Source: the human T2T-CHM13v2.0 reference genome, Homo sapiens. From it: a stretch of 64,000 nucleotides of DNA. Positions within the stretch are counted from its first letter, which is position 1. Each line of letters opens with the position of its first letter. The stretch is taken from the NCBI RefSeq assembly GCF_009914755.1, contig NC_060929.1; one strand, written 5' to 3'. A program made the position numbers and the translations under genes. A model generated the notes under the pieces. The model saw only the letters and a program-made list of their open reading frames with translations, had not been told where the DNA came from and did not search any database. Shown here piece by piece: positions 1 through 13,300 of this stretch.

Positions 1-1440
1 CCTCTGTCAGCCTCTTAGACAAATAGACTCAGGCCCATTAAGCCTTGGAGGCCACCGAGGCAGAATTTGATTTATTTATTTAGTTTTAAGAAAAAATAAG
101 AACCTGACACTTTAAATCCTGCTACAACTGGTAAATTCAAGCTCAGAAGATGTGATTAGGCTATGTCTCATGTGTCTTCTCAGCTCTTTTTTTCTGCCTT
201 ATTCCCAATCCCCCCGAAATTAAAGCAGAACAGACATCGTGACTGTTTAATCACAACACCTTATAGTTATGTCCTGAAAGATCATGGTTAACATTAGTGA
301 AAGAAAAGCTTGGGATGTGTGTAGTTGTTCTGCTCCAGTATAAATGGAAAGCTTAAACTATTTTTCTAGCCCTAATAGAATCAATCATCACCCATTTCAC
401 GATGAAACCCAAGACAAAGCTCAGAACCTAAACAGCCTTCAGAATTCAGAAAAGATAAACGGGAGAAATGAGAGCAGTCAAAGAGAGATCAGATTTCCAT
501 CTGAGACAGACTTGGTATTAGCTAAAAGGCAACTTTATAGGAATCATAGGAATCATAACAAATAGTTTATAACATCTTCTAGAATCAGGGCACATGTACA
601 ATTGTCTCAGAGTAATATTATTTCCTTTCTAGTGACAGGCTGTGTCTACATAGCTTTCTGAAGATGGGGGAGCTTAATGGAAAGATGTTTTACAATACAT
701 GTCATACTACTTTTTTATCACTAGGTCATTACCTTATATTAACATTATGAATTAACAAATTGTTGCTTAAAAAAAAGGATGCAAAGCATTTATCAAACTG
801 TAAAAAATACAAAGAAATATAAAGTATGTCTCTGCCCTCTAAAAGCTTATTATCTAGTTGGGTGGAAAGTTTAGTGTGCATAAACTAAAATAGCTCAGAA
901 AATGCAAGCTTGAAGAGCTCAGAAGTCAGGATCATGTTTTTATACATTAAAATACTTAAATTATACTATATATCAGACACTAGGATAAGCACTTTTGCTT
1001 ATAAAAAATGCTATTATAGTAGTTCAAACAAAAGGCACCAAAAAATGGAGAGATTTCCAATAAGTTGATCAGAGATAACCTCAGGAATAAAATGATGTTT
1101 GAGACTTTGAAGAAAAGGCAAGATTTAAGAGAATTCAAAGAGAAGATGCCCTTAGTTGAAGAAATGGCACATCCAAAAGAACAAGAACAACAACAACAAA
1201 AAACAATGAATATTTAGGAATTAACTAGTTCAGTTTGTCCAGCACAGGGCATTTGTAACAAGCTAAATTTTATACACTCTGAAATGAGGTTCTGGACATA
1301 CTGCCAATACCAGATGGGAGTAGAGATGTAATTTAAGAATCAATCTTATAGAGGAAGAAAGAGAGAAACGTAAAAGTTATCCAAGGGGAAAGATAAGCGA
1401 GTTTGGGCCAAAAACTTAGAAAAACTTCCATGCAGCCAAA

Positions 1441-1470
<30 letters not shown>
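1441..1470. repeat. (AG)n microsatellite
   Basis: About 13 perfect AG units followed by cgag. Confidence 0.95.
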
Positions 1471-1471
<1 letters not shown>

Positions 1472-1569
1472 CAAATGAGACAGTTCCATGGGGTCACCAG
1501 GGAAGGTTTGTCAAAATATATAAAATTTTAGCTGAGTCTTAAGGAGTGAGGAGAACCCAAATTAGTAGA

Positions 1570-1995
1570 TAATATGGTTTGGATCTGTGTCTTTCTCCAC
1601 CAAATCTCATGATTGTAATCCCCAATGTTGGAGGTAGGGCCTGGTGGGAGGTGATTAAATCATGGGGCAGATTTCTCATAAGTGGTTTAGCACCATCCTC
1701 CTTGGTACCCTCGTCCCGATAGTGAACAAGTCCTTGTGAGATCTGGTTGGTTAAAAGTGTGTAGCACCTCCCCGCAACTCTCTCTCTTGTTCCTGCTTTC
1801 ACCATGTGAAGTGCCTGCTCCCTCTTCGCCTTCTGCTATGATTATGTTTCCTGAGGCCTCCCCAGAAGCCGAGCAGATGCCAGCCTCATGCTTCCTGTAC
1901 AGCGTGAAGAACTGTGAGCCAATTAAGCCTCTTTTGTTTATAAATTACCCAGTCTCAGGTATTTCTTTGTAGCAATGCAAGAATGAACTAATATA
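1570..1995 (+). mobile_element. MST-family (MSTB-like) MaLR solo LTR
   Basis: Starts taatatggtttggatctgtgtc and ends ataaattacccagtctcaggtatttctttgtagcaatgcaagaatgaactaatata. Perfect 5-bp TSD GTAGA at 1565-1569 and 1996-2000. Confidence 0.9.
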
Positions 1996-2461
1996 GTAGA
2001 GAAGAAAACAGAGGGTGTCATAGATGAGCACTTGATATGCTTTAATAAATGAAAGCCAAAAAACACAGGAAGCTTGGAGGACACCAATAGCTGACCGAAG
2101 CCAGAACAAGCAATTTTACCTAACACTGGCAAGAGATATTTACAAGGATACAATTTGGATGAGGTGCAGAGATCTGTGATTCTTACTAAGGAGTCTAGGT
2201 TTTATCCAAAAGGCAATGTGGAGCCACTGAAAATTTTTCAGCAATGAGGTGACTTGACAGAATTTCAGGCTAACTGCTGACCTAAAACACTAATGAACTA
2301 TATCCCAGATAGTGACCCCAACTCGATTAGTTTTCTACTAAAATCTTGGACAGTATATCTACAATTTCTCCTCTAAGATACCCCAAAGCATTTGCAAGTA
2401 CTGCCACCATTCCTTTCCTTGGGTCTTATTCTGCCTTATTGATGAGAGAAAAGTTTGGTTA

Positions 2462-2728
2462 CTCACGCCTGTAATCCCAGCACTTTGGGAGGCCGGCAGA
2501 TCACAAGGTCAGGAGTTTGAGACCAGCCTGGCCAACATGGTGAAACCCCATCTCTACTAAAAATACACCACAGGTGTGGTGGCGGGCGCCTGTAATCTCA
2601 GCTACTCAAGAGGCTGAGGCAGGAGAATCGCTTCAACCTGGGAGGCGGAGGTTGCAGTGAGCTGAGATTGCACCACTGCACTCCAGCCTGGGTGACAGAA
2701 TGAGACTCCATCTCAAAAAAAAAAAAAA
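2462..2728 (+). mobile_element. Alu (AluS/Sg-like), slightly 5'-truncated with small internal deletions
   Basis: Alu dimer with poly-A tail. TSD AAAAG(T/A)TTGGTTAC on both sides. Confidence 0.93.
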
Positions 2729-3119
2729 GATTGGTTACACAGTAAGAGGGAGATGACCACTGATGCTTAAGAGAGATTATGTGTCAGAGTGTTTGAGAGC
2801 CTGTGTCTACATACTTCTTAGCTTAGTGGGAAAAGTCCCTGGGAAAAGATTTTCTTTCTCAAGAGGGGACTGGAAAAGTGATCTCCCACATATCTTCTTC
2901 CTGCTCTCTTCCCACACCTTTATTCATTTCTGTCTACCCCTTTACTAGTCACCATGCCCCCAGCATAATGGAGAAGAAAAGGAGGCCTCCAGAACTAAGG
3001 CACATGCTCCTCTTAACAGAGAAGATCTTGGAGGCTTGCAGAATATAATAAAGAGGAAGGTACCTTTCTTTAGTTAACAAACTCTTATAAACCATTTTCC
3101 ATGTGACAGGTAATGAAAC

Positions 3120-3250
3120 ATACACTCACAAATACACACACATATACACATACATATATGTGTGTGTGTATATATATACACACACATATACACATACATA
3201 TATGTGTGTGTGTATATATATACACACACGCACACAAAATATATATATAA
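3120..3250. repeat. Compound (CA)/(TA)/(TG) alternating purine-pyrimidine microsatellite with a ~44-bp higher-order duplication
   Basis: acacacatatacacatacatatatgtgtgtgtgtatatatatac occurs twice in tandem. Confidence 0.9.
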
Positions 3251-3420
3251 TTTAACCCTCATAACAATCCAATGAAATAGGTCTTACTATTAACCCCGTT
3301 TTACAGATGAGGAAACTGGGGCAATACAAAGTTAAGTGACTTGCGTAAGGTATGTAAGTTTCGGGGCTGATATGAAACCAGGCAACCTATCCCAGAATTC
3401 CCACTTTTAACCACTGCCTT
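3250..3420 (-). mobile_element. MIR
   Basis: Core ccccgttttacagatgaggaaactggggc...gttaagtgacttgc is the reverse complement of the MIR core. Confidence 0.85.
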
Positions 3421-3572
3421 GTGCTCCATCTTTATTCTCGTTCTGCTTTTGGTCCTTAAAACATGACTTCTAGTGAGCCCTGTGGGAGGGTTGGAAGGAA
3501 TGGAGATGGAAAGGACACAATATGGGACTCTCAGGCTCCCTGGCCATAGGACTAGCAAAATCTCACTCTTAA

Positions 3573-3701
3573 CCCAGTTTGCCTGAGGCTGCAATTTTTT
3601 GAATTTTTGCAGTCAGACCTTGGCAATGACCTTGAGCAGCAGGATATAAATAACTCCCACATGTTTAGCGTTCTGATAATGGAACACTAGGCATATATGG
3701 G
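3573..3701. mobile_element. MER85 (piggyBac/PGBD3-derived MITE)
   Basis: Termini CCCAGTTTGCCT...AGGCATATATGGG. TTAA at left (3569-3572) and TTTTAA at right. Body gcaattttttgaatttttgc...gaccttgagcagcaggatataaataactcccac matches the recalled MER85 consensus. Confidence 0.9.
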
Positions 3702-4908
3702 TTTTAATCGGTATATCCACAAGAAATACATTTTCTGAAAAACTTAAACTTCAATGAAGTGAATTTGACGTGAATTGACACTGACAGCTGTAAGAACATC
3801 CCCACACACCTTTTTTTTAAACTGAAATTCTATACTTAGTTCGTTCATAATTTCCCATTAGCACATGCTGAAAAAAACTTCCCATCGTTTAGATTTTTAA
3901 TCTTATGTGGAAATGTTGCTCTTAATAGAAGGAACATTTCAAACAGTTCATGGAGAATGCAAATAGAGGTAGAGGATGGAAATGGCTATTGACATTGCTG
4001 TTAGAGAAGTTTTACCAATAGCAAGGGACAATATTGTTTTCAGTAATCATTTTATTGCTTTTTGCATACAGTGAACACTGGGACATTTCCTAAATGTCAC
4101 TGAAAGACTGAAAATTTTTAAATAAAAATAATTCAAAAAGTGGAGTAATGTAGGGCCATTTAGTGCATAAACAGCTCTATACACTTAGAATATCTTCACA
4201 CATTTATGGTAATAAAGATGATTTTAATGATCATGAATATTATGTATAACACCTAAGTAACTAATAGCAATTTGAAGCCAAATCCACTCATAAGAAAACT
4301 GATGGATAAGGATATATATATATATACACATATATAGACTTTTGCTTCTCAACAAACTGGGGTAACAGGAATCAGATTTACCTTCCCACTTGAAACAACA
4401 ACAGCCACAAAAACAAAAACAGACCAAATCTATGATGTGAATCTATAGTTTTTAAGACAATGACATCAGGCAACAAAAGACAGTAATATCCAAAAAATAA
4501 GAAATATACAAAGTAGGCCCTACATTTGACTCAATTTACTGCCATGAGTGATTCTATACCACAGCACAATGCTGAGTAGCTGTAGCAGAGCCAGTGGTAA
4601 TATCAGATGGAAGTACAGATCTACATAAAGGAATGAAGAGCACCAGAAATGATAACTATACTGGTAAATAGATAAGATCATGTTCTTATTATTTATATAT
4701 CTTTCAAAGATAGTTGTCTAAGCAAAAATAAAAATATATTGTGGAATTTTCAACAGAGACATAAATAAAATGTATAACAACAGTATTATAAATGTCAAGA
4801 AGGGAAAATTGGAAGTATACTATTGTAAGGTTCTTATATTACACATGAAGGGATATAGTACTTGAAAGTAGACTTTGATGGGATAGCTGTAGAGTATAAA
4901 ACCTAAAG

Positions 4909-5120
4909 CAGTGTTTTCAACCTTAGTTCTTTTGTCATTTTGAGCCAGACAATTCTTTGTCATGGAGAGCTGTTAGGTGCATTGTAGGAGTTTTAGTAGC
5001 ATCCCCAGACTCTACTCACTAGATGCCAGCAGCATCTCCCCAGTTGCAAAAATTAAAAATGTTCTCAGACATTGCCAAATGATCCCTGGAGGATAAAACC
5101 ACTGCCAGATAAGAATAACT
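4909..5120. mobile_element. MER20 (hAT-Charlie) inserted in L1M
   Basis: cagtgttttcaacctt...gtgcattgtaggagttttagtagcatcccc...ctagatgccagcagc...cagacattgccaaatg. Confidence 0.85.
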
Positions 5121-5389
5121 AAAGTGATCACTAAAAAAAAAAAAAAAAAACAGTCATAGCTAATAAACAAAGATGAAATAATTATACCATCAAAAAATAC
5201 TAAATTAATTCAAAAGAAGACAGATACAAAGGAAAAGGGAAAGGAAGAAGACACAGGACTAACATAATAAAACAAATAGGATAATGATGATAATAGACTT
5301 TAACTGAATCATATCAATAATAATATTAAATATAAATGGCCTAAATACTCTCAATTAAAAGGTAGAAATTGTCAGATTGGGTAAAATAA

Positions 5390-5719
<330 letters not shown>

Positions 5720-6238
5720 TAAAATAAAATTATGAAAAAAAGATGTATCATGCTAATACTAATCAAAAGAAAGCTGAAGTGCCTATATTAATATTAGACA
5801 AAGTAGACTGCAGAATAGTGAATAGTATGAGGGAAAATGAAAGTTATTTCAAAATAATAATGTGGCCAGTGTACCTAAAGGACATTATAATCCTAAATAT
5901 TTATGAGTCTAACAACAGAGCTTCAACAGACATGAAGCAAAACCTCATAGAATTGTAAGGAGAAATACAGAAACCACAATTATAGCCAGAGATTTCAACA
6001 ACTCTTTTCCAATAATTGGTAGAATAAATAGACAGAAATCCAGTAAAAGTATAGAAGGCTTGAACAACACAACCTGACCTGACATTTGTTGAACATTATA
6101 TCCAACACTTCTTTTCAAGTGCACGCACAATATTTACCAAAACAGACAATACCCTGAGCCATAAAACAAACGTCAATATATTTAAAGGGATCCATATTGT
6201 ACAAAAGATACTGTCTAATCACAATGGAACTAAATTAG

Positions 6239-6631
<393 letters not shown>

Positions 6632-7045
6632 TCAAAGAATAAAACAATCAGCATTAGAAAGGATTTTAAACTGAATAAAAATGAAAACATAAAAATTTGA
6701 GGGATGCCACTCAAGTAGTGTTTAGAGGGAAATTTATAGCATTAAATGTCTATAATAGAAAAGCAAAAGGTTCTCAAATCCCCTCAGCTATCACATTTGT
6801 AAATTTAAAAAAGAAGAGCAACTTAAATCCAACGTAAGCAGAAAAAAGGAAACAGCAAAGAGAAGATGGGAAATTAATAACACAGAAAACTGAAAAACAG
6901 TGGGGAAAGTCAATGAAACCAAAAGCTAGGTTTTTGAGACTATCAATAAAACTGATAAACCTTGAGCCAGACCAGGCAGATCAGAGAAGAAAAAAAAAAA
7001 AAGAGAGAAGACACAAATTTCTAATGTCAGAGTAAGAGAGGTGAC

Positions 7046-7626
7046 TTCCAAGGAAAGAATATTTTTATATTTTTGCAGTTAGGGTTTTCTGAGCAAATAC
7101 ACTTGAAACTTTTGTCAACAAACAAATCTTGGGAGTTAAAGGGTGATTCAATAACGAGAAACCATCCAGAAAGATTTACCTCTTCAAAGGCATGTGCCTA
7201 CATTTCAAAGAGGGCTGAGACACAGAGCCATAGAGATATTTCAGAGGTTGTAAACACAAAGACTTATCTTCCACCTGGAGATATTTCTTTATATTCCAAA
7301 GGGTAATAACCCAGTAATCTTTCCCTTTCCTCCCAGGGTGAATTTGTTTACATTGAGAAGCTTAAATTTCTGTCTTTCAGGAGTAGAAGAGTCAAGATTT
7401 ACATAAATCCCTAGATTCGAATTTTTATCCTTCCTCACCTATATAGTTCAGATACCAGTACAAGTTGGGTGACTTCTGGCTCTCATCCTCCAAGAAGAGG
7501 GAAAGACTGAGGAAACGAGAACCAACGCAGTTATTGCTGTGAGTAATAATAGTCTATTCCTACTCCTGAAACCTCATGTCTACTTCTGTGATAACATGAA
7601 TAAACATAGATATTTAAAACTTATCC
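7046..7626 (+). mobile_element. Old ERV-type solo LTR inserted in L1M ORF2 (family not determined)
   Basis: L1 ORF2 sequence is interrupted and then resumes. 5-bp direct repeat GTGAC at 7041-7045 and 7627-7631. LTR-like 3' region gctgtgagtaataatagtc...aaacctcatgtc. Termini have decayed from TG...CA. Confidence 0.6.
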
Positions 7627-8470
7627 GTGACATTATTACACATTCTATAAATATTAAAAGGAGAATAATGGAATAAAAATGACATTCTCAATCAAAATTG
7701 ACAACTTAGAAGATATAGACAAATTCCTTAAAAGATGCAAACTCCCAAAGCTGACTTCAAAAATAAATGGATAAACTGAATAGCCTTATAGCTAGCAAAT
7801 AAATTGAATTTGCAAAAAAACTGTCCCACACAAAAAAATTCAAGGCCCAAATAGCTTCACTAGTAAACTCTACCAACATTAAAGATGAAAAATATTATTT
7901 CTACACAAACTCTTCCAAAAAATTTGAGGAAGAAGAAATACATCCCAACTAATTCTATGAAGCCATTATTTCCCTGATAAACAAAGACATTATAAGAAAA
8001 CTATAGACCAATATAGCTCATGAGCATAGATTCAAAATTTAAAACAAAATTTTAGCAATATATAAACAATATATAAAATTAATATTATTATCAGGCAGTG
8101 TTTTCCTCAGAAATGCCAGGTTCATTTAACATTAATTTCAAAAATCAATGTAATTCACTATATCAACAAACACAAAAATAAAATCCACATAATAATTTCA
8201 ATAGATGCAGAAAAAGCACTTGACAAAAAATCAGCATTTATTCCTGATAAAAACTCTCACCAAACAAATAATAAAAAGAAACTCCCTCAATTTAATAAAA
8301 GACATTATAAAAACCAGCAGCTAACATCATAATGAAGAGAGACTAAATGCTTTTTTCCTAAGATTAGCAAAAGAAAAGGACGTGCATTCTTATCACTTCT
8401 ATTCAATATTTTTCTGGAAGTTTAAGCCAGCACAGTAAGGAAAGAAAAAGAAATAAAAGGCCTCTAGATT

Positions 8471-8708
8471 AAAAAGGAAGAAGTAGAAACACTTTCTTTC
8501 TTTCTTTCCTTACTATGCTGGCTTAAACTTCCAGAAAAATGCACATCATGAATGTATACGCCTGAACTTAAAATAAAAGTTAGAAATTTTTTTTAAAAAG
8601 TGTATTGTGCAATAATAATGAAAATGTAACTGTATCACATTGTGATAATTATTCCATCTGCTCATTTAATAAATACCTATTGCTTATTCACCAAAAAAGG
8701 AAGAAGTA
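8471..8708 (+). mobile_element. TSD-flanked composite retro-insertion (fold-back local copy, L1 3' tip, probable 3' transduction)
   Basis: 15-bp TSD AAAAAGGAAGAAGTA at 8471-8485 and 8694-8708, at a TT|AAAAA endonuclease-type site. L1 3' end cctgaacttaaaataaaagtt. AATAAA at 8668-8673. Confidence 0.75.
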
Positions 8709-8779
8709 AAACTGTCTTTATTCACAGATGACATAATCATCTTTGTGGAAAATCTGATGATTCTACAAAAATGCTACTA

Positions 8780-8945
8780 GGTCAGTGCAGCTCATGCCTT
8801 GATGTCAACCTTGTAAGAGCTGGAGTAGAGAACCTAGTTGAGCCTCCCTGAGCTACTTCTGACTACAGTACTGTGAAATAATACATATCTATTGTTTATG
8901 TCACTAAGTTTAATAATTAATTATGGAGATACAGAAAACTAATAA
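8780..8945 (+). mobile_element. MLT1-type MaLR LTR 3' fragment
   Basis: gccttgatgtcaaccttgtaaga...tactgtgaaataata...cactaagttt...agaaaactaata. Confidence 0.6.
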
Positions 8946-9419
8946 ACCTACTGAAGCAACATTTATGGAAAGTGGTGCCCAAGGATCTGTATGTTTAACA
9001 AGCTCCCAATTAATTCTAAACACAGTAAAGTTTAAGACTAACTCAACTGGAAGAACACGGTCACAAAAATGGAACAGATTGGGACTTCTGAACTTATAGA
9101 TCTTTCAAAGCAGAGGAGGCCATGCCCATTTTTACAATTTTAATACAATTCTTAACTAATTCCTTGCTGATGATATTCTCTTAACAACATGATGAAGAAA
9201 ATGCTTTAAGGTAATTTACTGCATCTTCCAAGCTCCAAGCAAGGATGAATTATGTCCTAGTCAAAATCTATTCATTCTGTTTTTAGAAGATAGGGAATAT
9301 ATATGCACAAGTTCAATAATGTGATCCATTGTACAATACCACTTTCTTGTCTGCACTTTCTTCCTAAACGCCATTCTAAATTCTCTTTAGTGTAATTTAA
9401 CCCAGTTTTCTTTTCAGAT

Positions 9420-10000
9420 CCTGGAAAAAATAGTTAATAGCTGGCCATCTTCCTTTATGTCTTCTCCCTTACTTCCCGTGAGGACTGTCTAGTAGCCATA
9501 TGCTTATCCCCAGGAGGTCAATTGTGATTGGTCCAGATAGAGGTTATATATAGTCTTTGCTGATTACGGTATAAAAAGTCAATATGCAATTTAGTTCTGA
9601 CCAAAAATACCTAAGATGAAGCCTGTTGGGTGATAATGGGAACATCCCACAAATAGTAGATATGGGCTGAGTTGTCTACTATTTGTCTCCCTCCGAAAAA
9701 TCACAAAAACATTTATAAAAATGCACATAACACATCCAGGAACCCAGGATAATCAGAACTGCTGGAGTCATCCTGTGACCATAGAGGGAGATTTCACTGA
9801 ATCCTGATGATGGCAGAAGAGAATTATGAAGAGTGCCTCCGTCCTTGAAGACTCTGTTGAGCAGCCAAACTGACCCTGGAACTGCCTATTTCAAAATTCC
9901 TCATGAAGTAAGCTTTAAAATGGCCTTCTTATTTAAGCCATTTTTAGGTGGGTATTCTGATATTTCCCTATAATTCTTGTAGTCTAAGCCATTTTCATAT
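9420..10000 (+). mobile_element. Old MLT1 (J/K-like) MaLR LTR
   Basis: gtcatcctgtgaccatagaggg...gatggcagaagag...ctgttgagcagccaaactgaccctggaactgccta...tttaagccatttttaggtggg. Confidence 0.65.
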
Positions 10001-10295
10001 CAGTTAACATTCCCAGAAAGTTCCCAGGAATGCTTGGCTATGTGGCAGTAACCTCCAGTCCCTCTTTTCAGCCTATTCTTAAGCCAGAAATCCCCCACAT
10101 CCTCTCTGGATTGGCAAGGTGAGACTCTGCCAGGCCATTTGCAGGGTTTCCAAACATAGCCATGGCATAGACAGTCTGGAGGATGTAGTGTGTGCTACTA
10201 CTCAGCCCCTTAACCTTTTCCCAGAACCAGCAGGCACCATGTCTGAGCCTAGACTGAAGCTCCCCAGAAACATCCAGGAGAGTGGCTGTGAAATA

Positions 10296-10353
10296 TTAGG
10301 TTGGTGCAAAAGTAACCATTAAAAGTAACGGTTTTTGCCATTAAAAATAACGG
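10296..10353. mobile_element. MADE1 (Hsmar1-derived) half element
   Basis: ttaggttggtgcaaaagtaa...cggtttttgccattaaaa. The second TIR is absent. Confidence 0.7.
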
Positions 10354-13300
10354 AGTAAGTAATAGACCACTAGGGACATGCGGTGGGTTGGAACTCTGGT
10401 AAGACGGACCTCAAACCAGTACATTAAGAACTGCTTCAGTTCCTCTAGGCACGACTGAGATAGGAAGCCCCATCCTAAAGCTCCTGGGTGGCTACTTGCT
10501 GCCTCCCTCAGGAACCTTTGCTAGAAGTTATGGCTGCTCTTTCACAGCAAGAAAACCAGAGTTGAAAGGGAGAGAAAGAGTCCATGTTATTTCCCTGGCA
10601 AATTGCAGTGGAACACAAGAGAGGAAAATAAATGCTCACTAACTCCTTTGATTCATTAATAAAACATGATGAGAAAATGTATAATTATAATTCTTGATAT
10701 TTCTCTTCGAAAATTCATTTTCGTGATCCCAGCCTCTTTTTTTGCTTTATTCTGTGAAACATCTAGTGGGACTTGTAGAGATTGGAATGGGCAATTGGCA
10801 AGCTGCAAGTAGCCTAAGAAATAGCATTTACCTTGGGTAATTCACCATGATCCAGAGCCTTGTTTTTGACTCTGCTAAGACAGAGCCTGATTCCTTCAGC
10901 ATGCCACACGAGATGCTGGGCCAATCTGCAAACCATAACTGACATATGGATCTGAATATTCACATTGATATGACCAGTACATTCTCTGCAGTAGCAAATC
11001 TATGAAAGGCCAACTCATAAACCAAATGTAGCAGAAGCAGCATGAAATCGGAACAAGGGAAATTTGTTAGTGATTCAAAATTTTAGAAGAAACAAACATC
11101 CATCGCCATGTGAGAAAGTCACAAGAATTGACGTTCCCATGCCGGTCTCCTTGGGCAGTTCTTAGGCCAGCCTCTCCACAGTTTCTTTCTCTGACTCTCC
11201 GCTACCTGCAAGGAGGTTTCAGTCTGAGCAGCCATCTGTCTTTGGATTGGTATATTATTATTAATCATTAAATACGTGAATCTTTCAGTTAGTTTATAGT
11301 TAACTCTTAATCATATACCAAATGTAATAGAATTGCGTTTTTGCTACATTCTGGGAGAGGCATTCTGATATTTCTATCTCTCTGCTTTATGTTGATTTTA
11401 TACTTTTGCATGGGGGCTAACACTGTTTCCAACTTTTTTCATAACACCTCATTGTTACTCCTAAACATCACAAAAAATTACGCAGATGCCAAATCAATGT
11501 GTCACTCATATCAGAGTTCACTTGCTCAGTCCAGGATCCAGGACCAGCCTCAGAGAGGTTGGACCACAGGCACACATAGCTCATTCAGGAAAAGCAGAAC
11601 TGCCGTCACAACCTTTATAACCGAACATGCAGCAGGAATCCTGGAACAATGCATGATCACTAGTCGCCTGATACCAAGCCTCATATTCTTCCAATTAGTC
11701 CTTAAAATTATTCTCATTCTCATACCAACTACATTAATCATACAATTCCTGGATGACTACAGACCCCTAAGCCCTCACTATTCCACCACCTTCCACACTG
11801 CCACCAGCATACATACACAAGCACACCGCGTATATGCAGCACATCTAACTCAGCACAAGCCTTGCTCGGTATAATCTCAATTCCCTTGTATTCTCTGGGG
11901 AGAGATGAATGGCATCCTTTTTGATTTCAGTATACATGTAGCTATGACAAATTTCCATCTTTCAGGGAATTTACAAAAGCTTTTTGGCTATCATGCATCT
12001 AACTGTACCACCCAAAACAGATTTTCTCAAAAAGGGGAGAAAAAACTTGGTCTCACATCTCACTGTTACACAAACGTAACATTTGGTCTCGTAGAAGAAA
12101 CATTAAAAAGGCCATTGAGCCCTCCAGTGGCAAAATTCTGAAAATGTTATGATGCACATCTAAGCACCCTGGAGAAATCTCCTGAAGACGCGCAGAAACA
12201 GAATAGGCAGTCTTAAATCAGTTTAGGCTTTGGGGGTTTTCAAGTTCCTAAACTTTCTATGACCACAATTAGCCCAAATTATGACAGTGATCATTGTCCG
12301 AGCACTCAATTTTCTGGAAAAATCTCTTCCAGGTAATGCCTTAATGGAAAAGCCCTCTCAAATTTATTTCTGTGCTTTAAGGTTTATTTATTTTGACAGC
12401 TGTAGATTTTAATAAAGAGTTTAATTAAAGATGTTGCCACCAGACATATCTGATGAGTCTAGTTCTGGGGATGAATTATAAGACTTGTGAAAATCAAACA
12501 AAACAGAAACAGGAGTCATTCCTAGAGGTCTGTAATTGAAGACTAAATGTCTTAATTCAGAGGCTACCTGGCTTGGGTTAAAGATGTTCAATGACTTTGC
12601 TAATTATTTTCTCTTGATATAGGTATTTTCCAGTATTAAGTTACAGAAACTCCTGGGTACATGTTTACTACTCTCTTCTTTGCTTTTCTAATTTCTAAAG
12701 GACTGAGAGGGTGGAAAGAGGTGAGGGTCACTTGCTTTTGATAGTTGATTAGGACAGATGATCTCTCTTCCTATGAGGCTCTTCATTTTATTATACCACT
12801 GTATCTCTCTCCTCACACTTTTTCTAACATTTTCTTCTTCACATTTTTAATTTTTTTATTATGTCAAATTGAAGATTTCTTACATATGTTATTACACATT
12901 TTTATCCAATTTTTCCTCCTCATGAAATTTTGAGTCATAAAGTTTTCTATATGGGTTAACGATTCTACAAAGGTTGGAAATATACTATGATCTCATCTGT
13001 ATTATTATTCTTTGCATTGGCATTTAAACTTTTATAATATATATTTATTTACATACAAATTTCATAATTTTTATAACTGTATATGTATTGAAAACATATA
13101 ATGTTCTTCATATAGTTAACTAGCGAAATCAGTATCTCTTAATGTTTGTACAATTTGCCTATTTCTATTTAATTTTTTGGAATTCAACATTTGACATAAA
13201 AATAACATAAGGCTATTTTCATTTTAGGTTATATCTACAATGCTTACCTGCATTTAAAAGCTGATATTCAGATACTGACCTTAAGTTTGAGAATCATGCC

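Noticed and set aside
11341-11874. 177-aa plus-strand ORF with hydrophobic stretches
   Set aside because: TTG start, no recognisable domain or splice context, AT-rich composition. Most likely a chance ORF.
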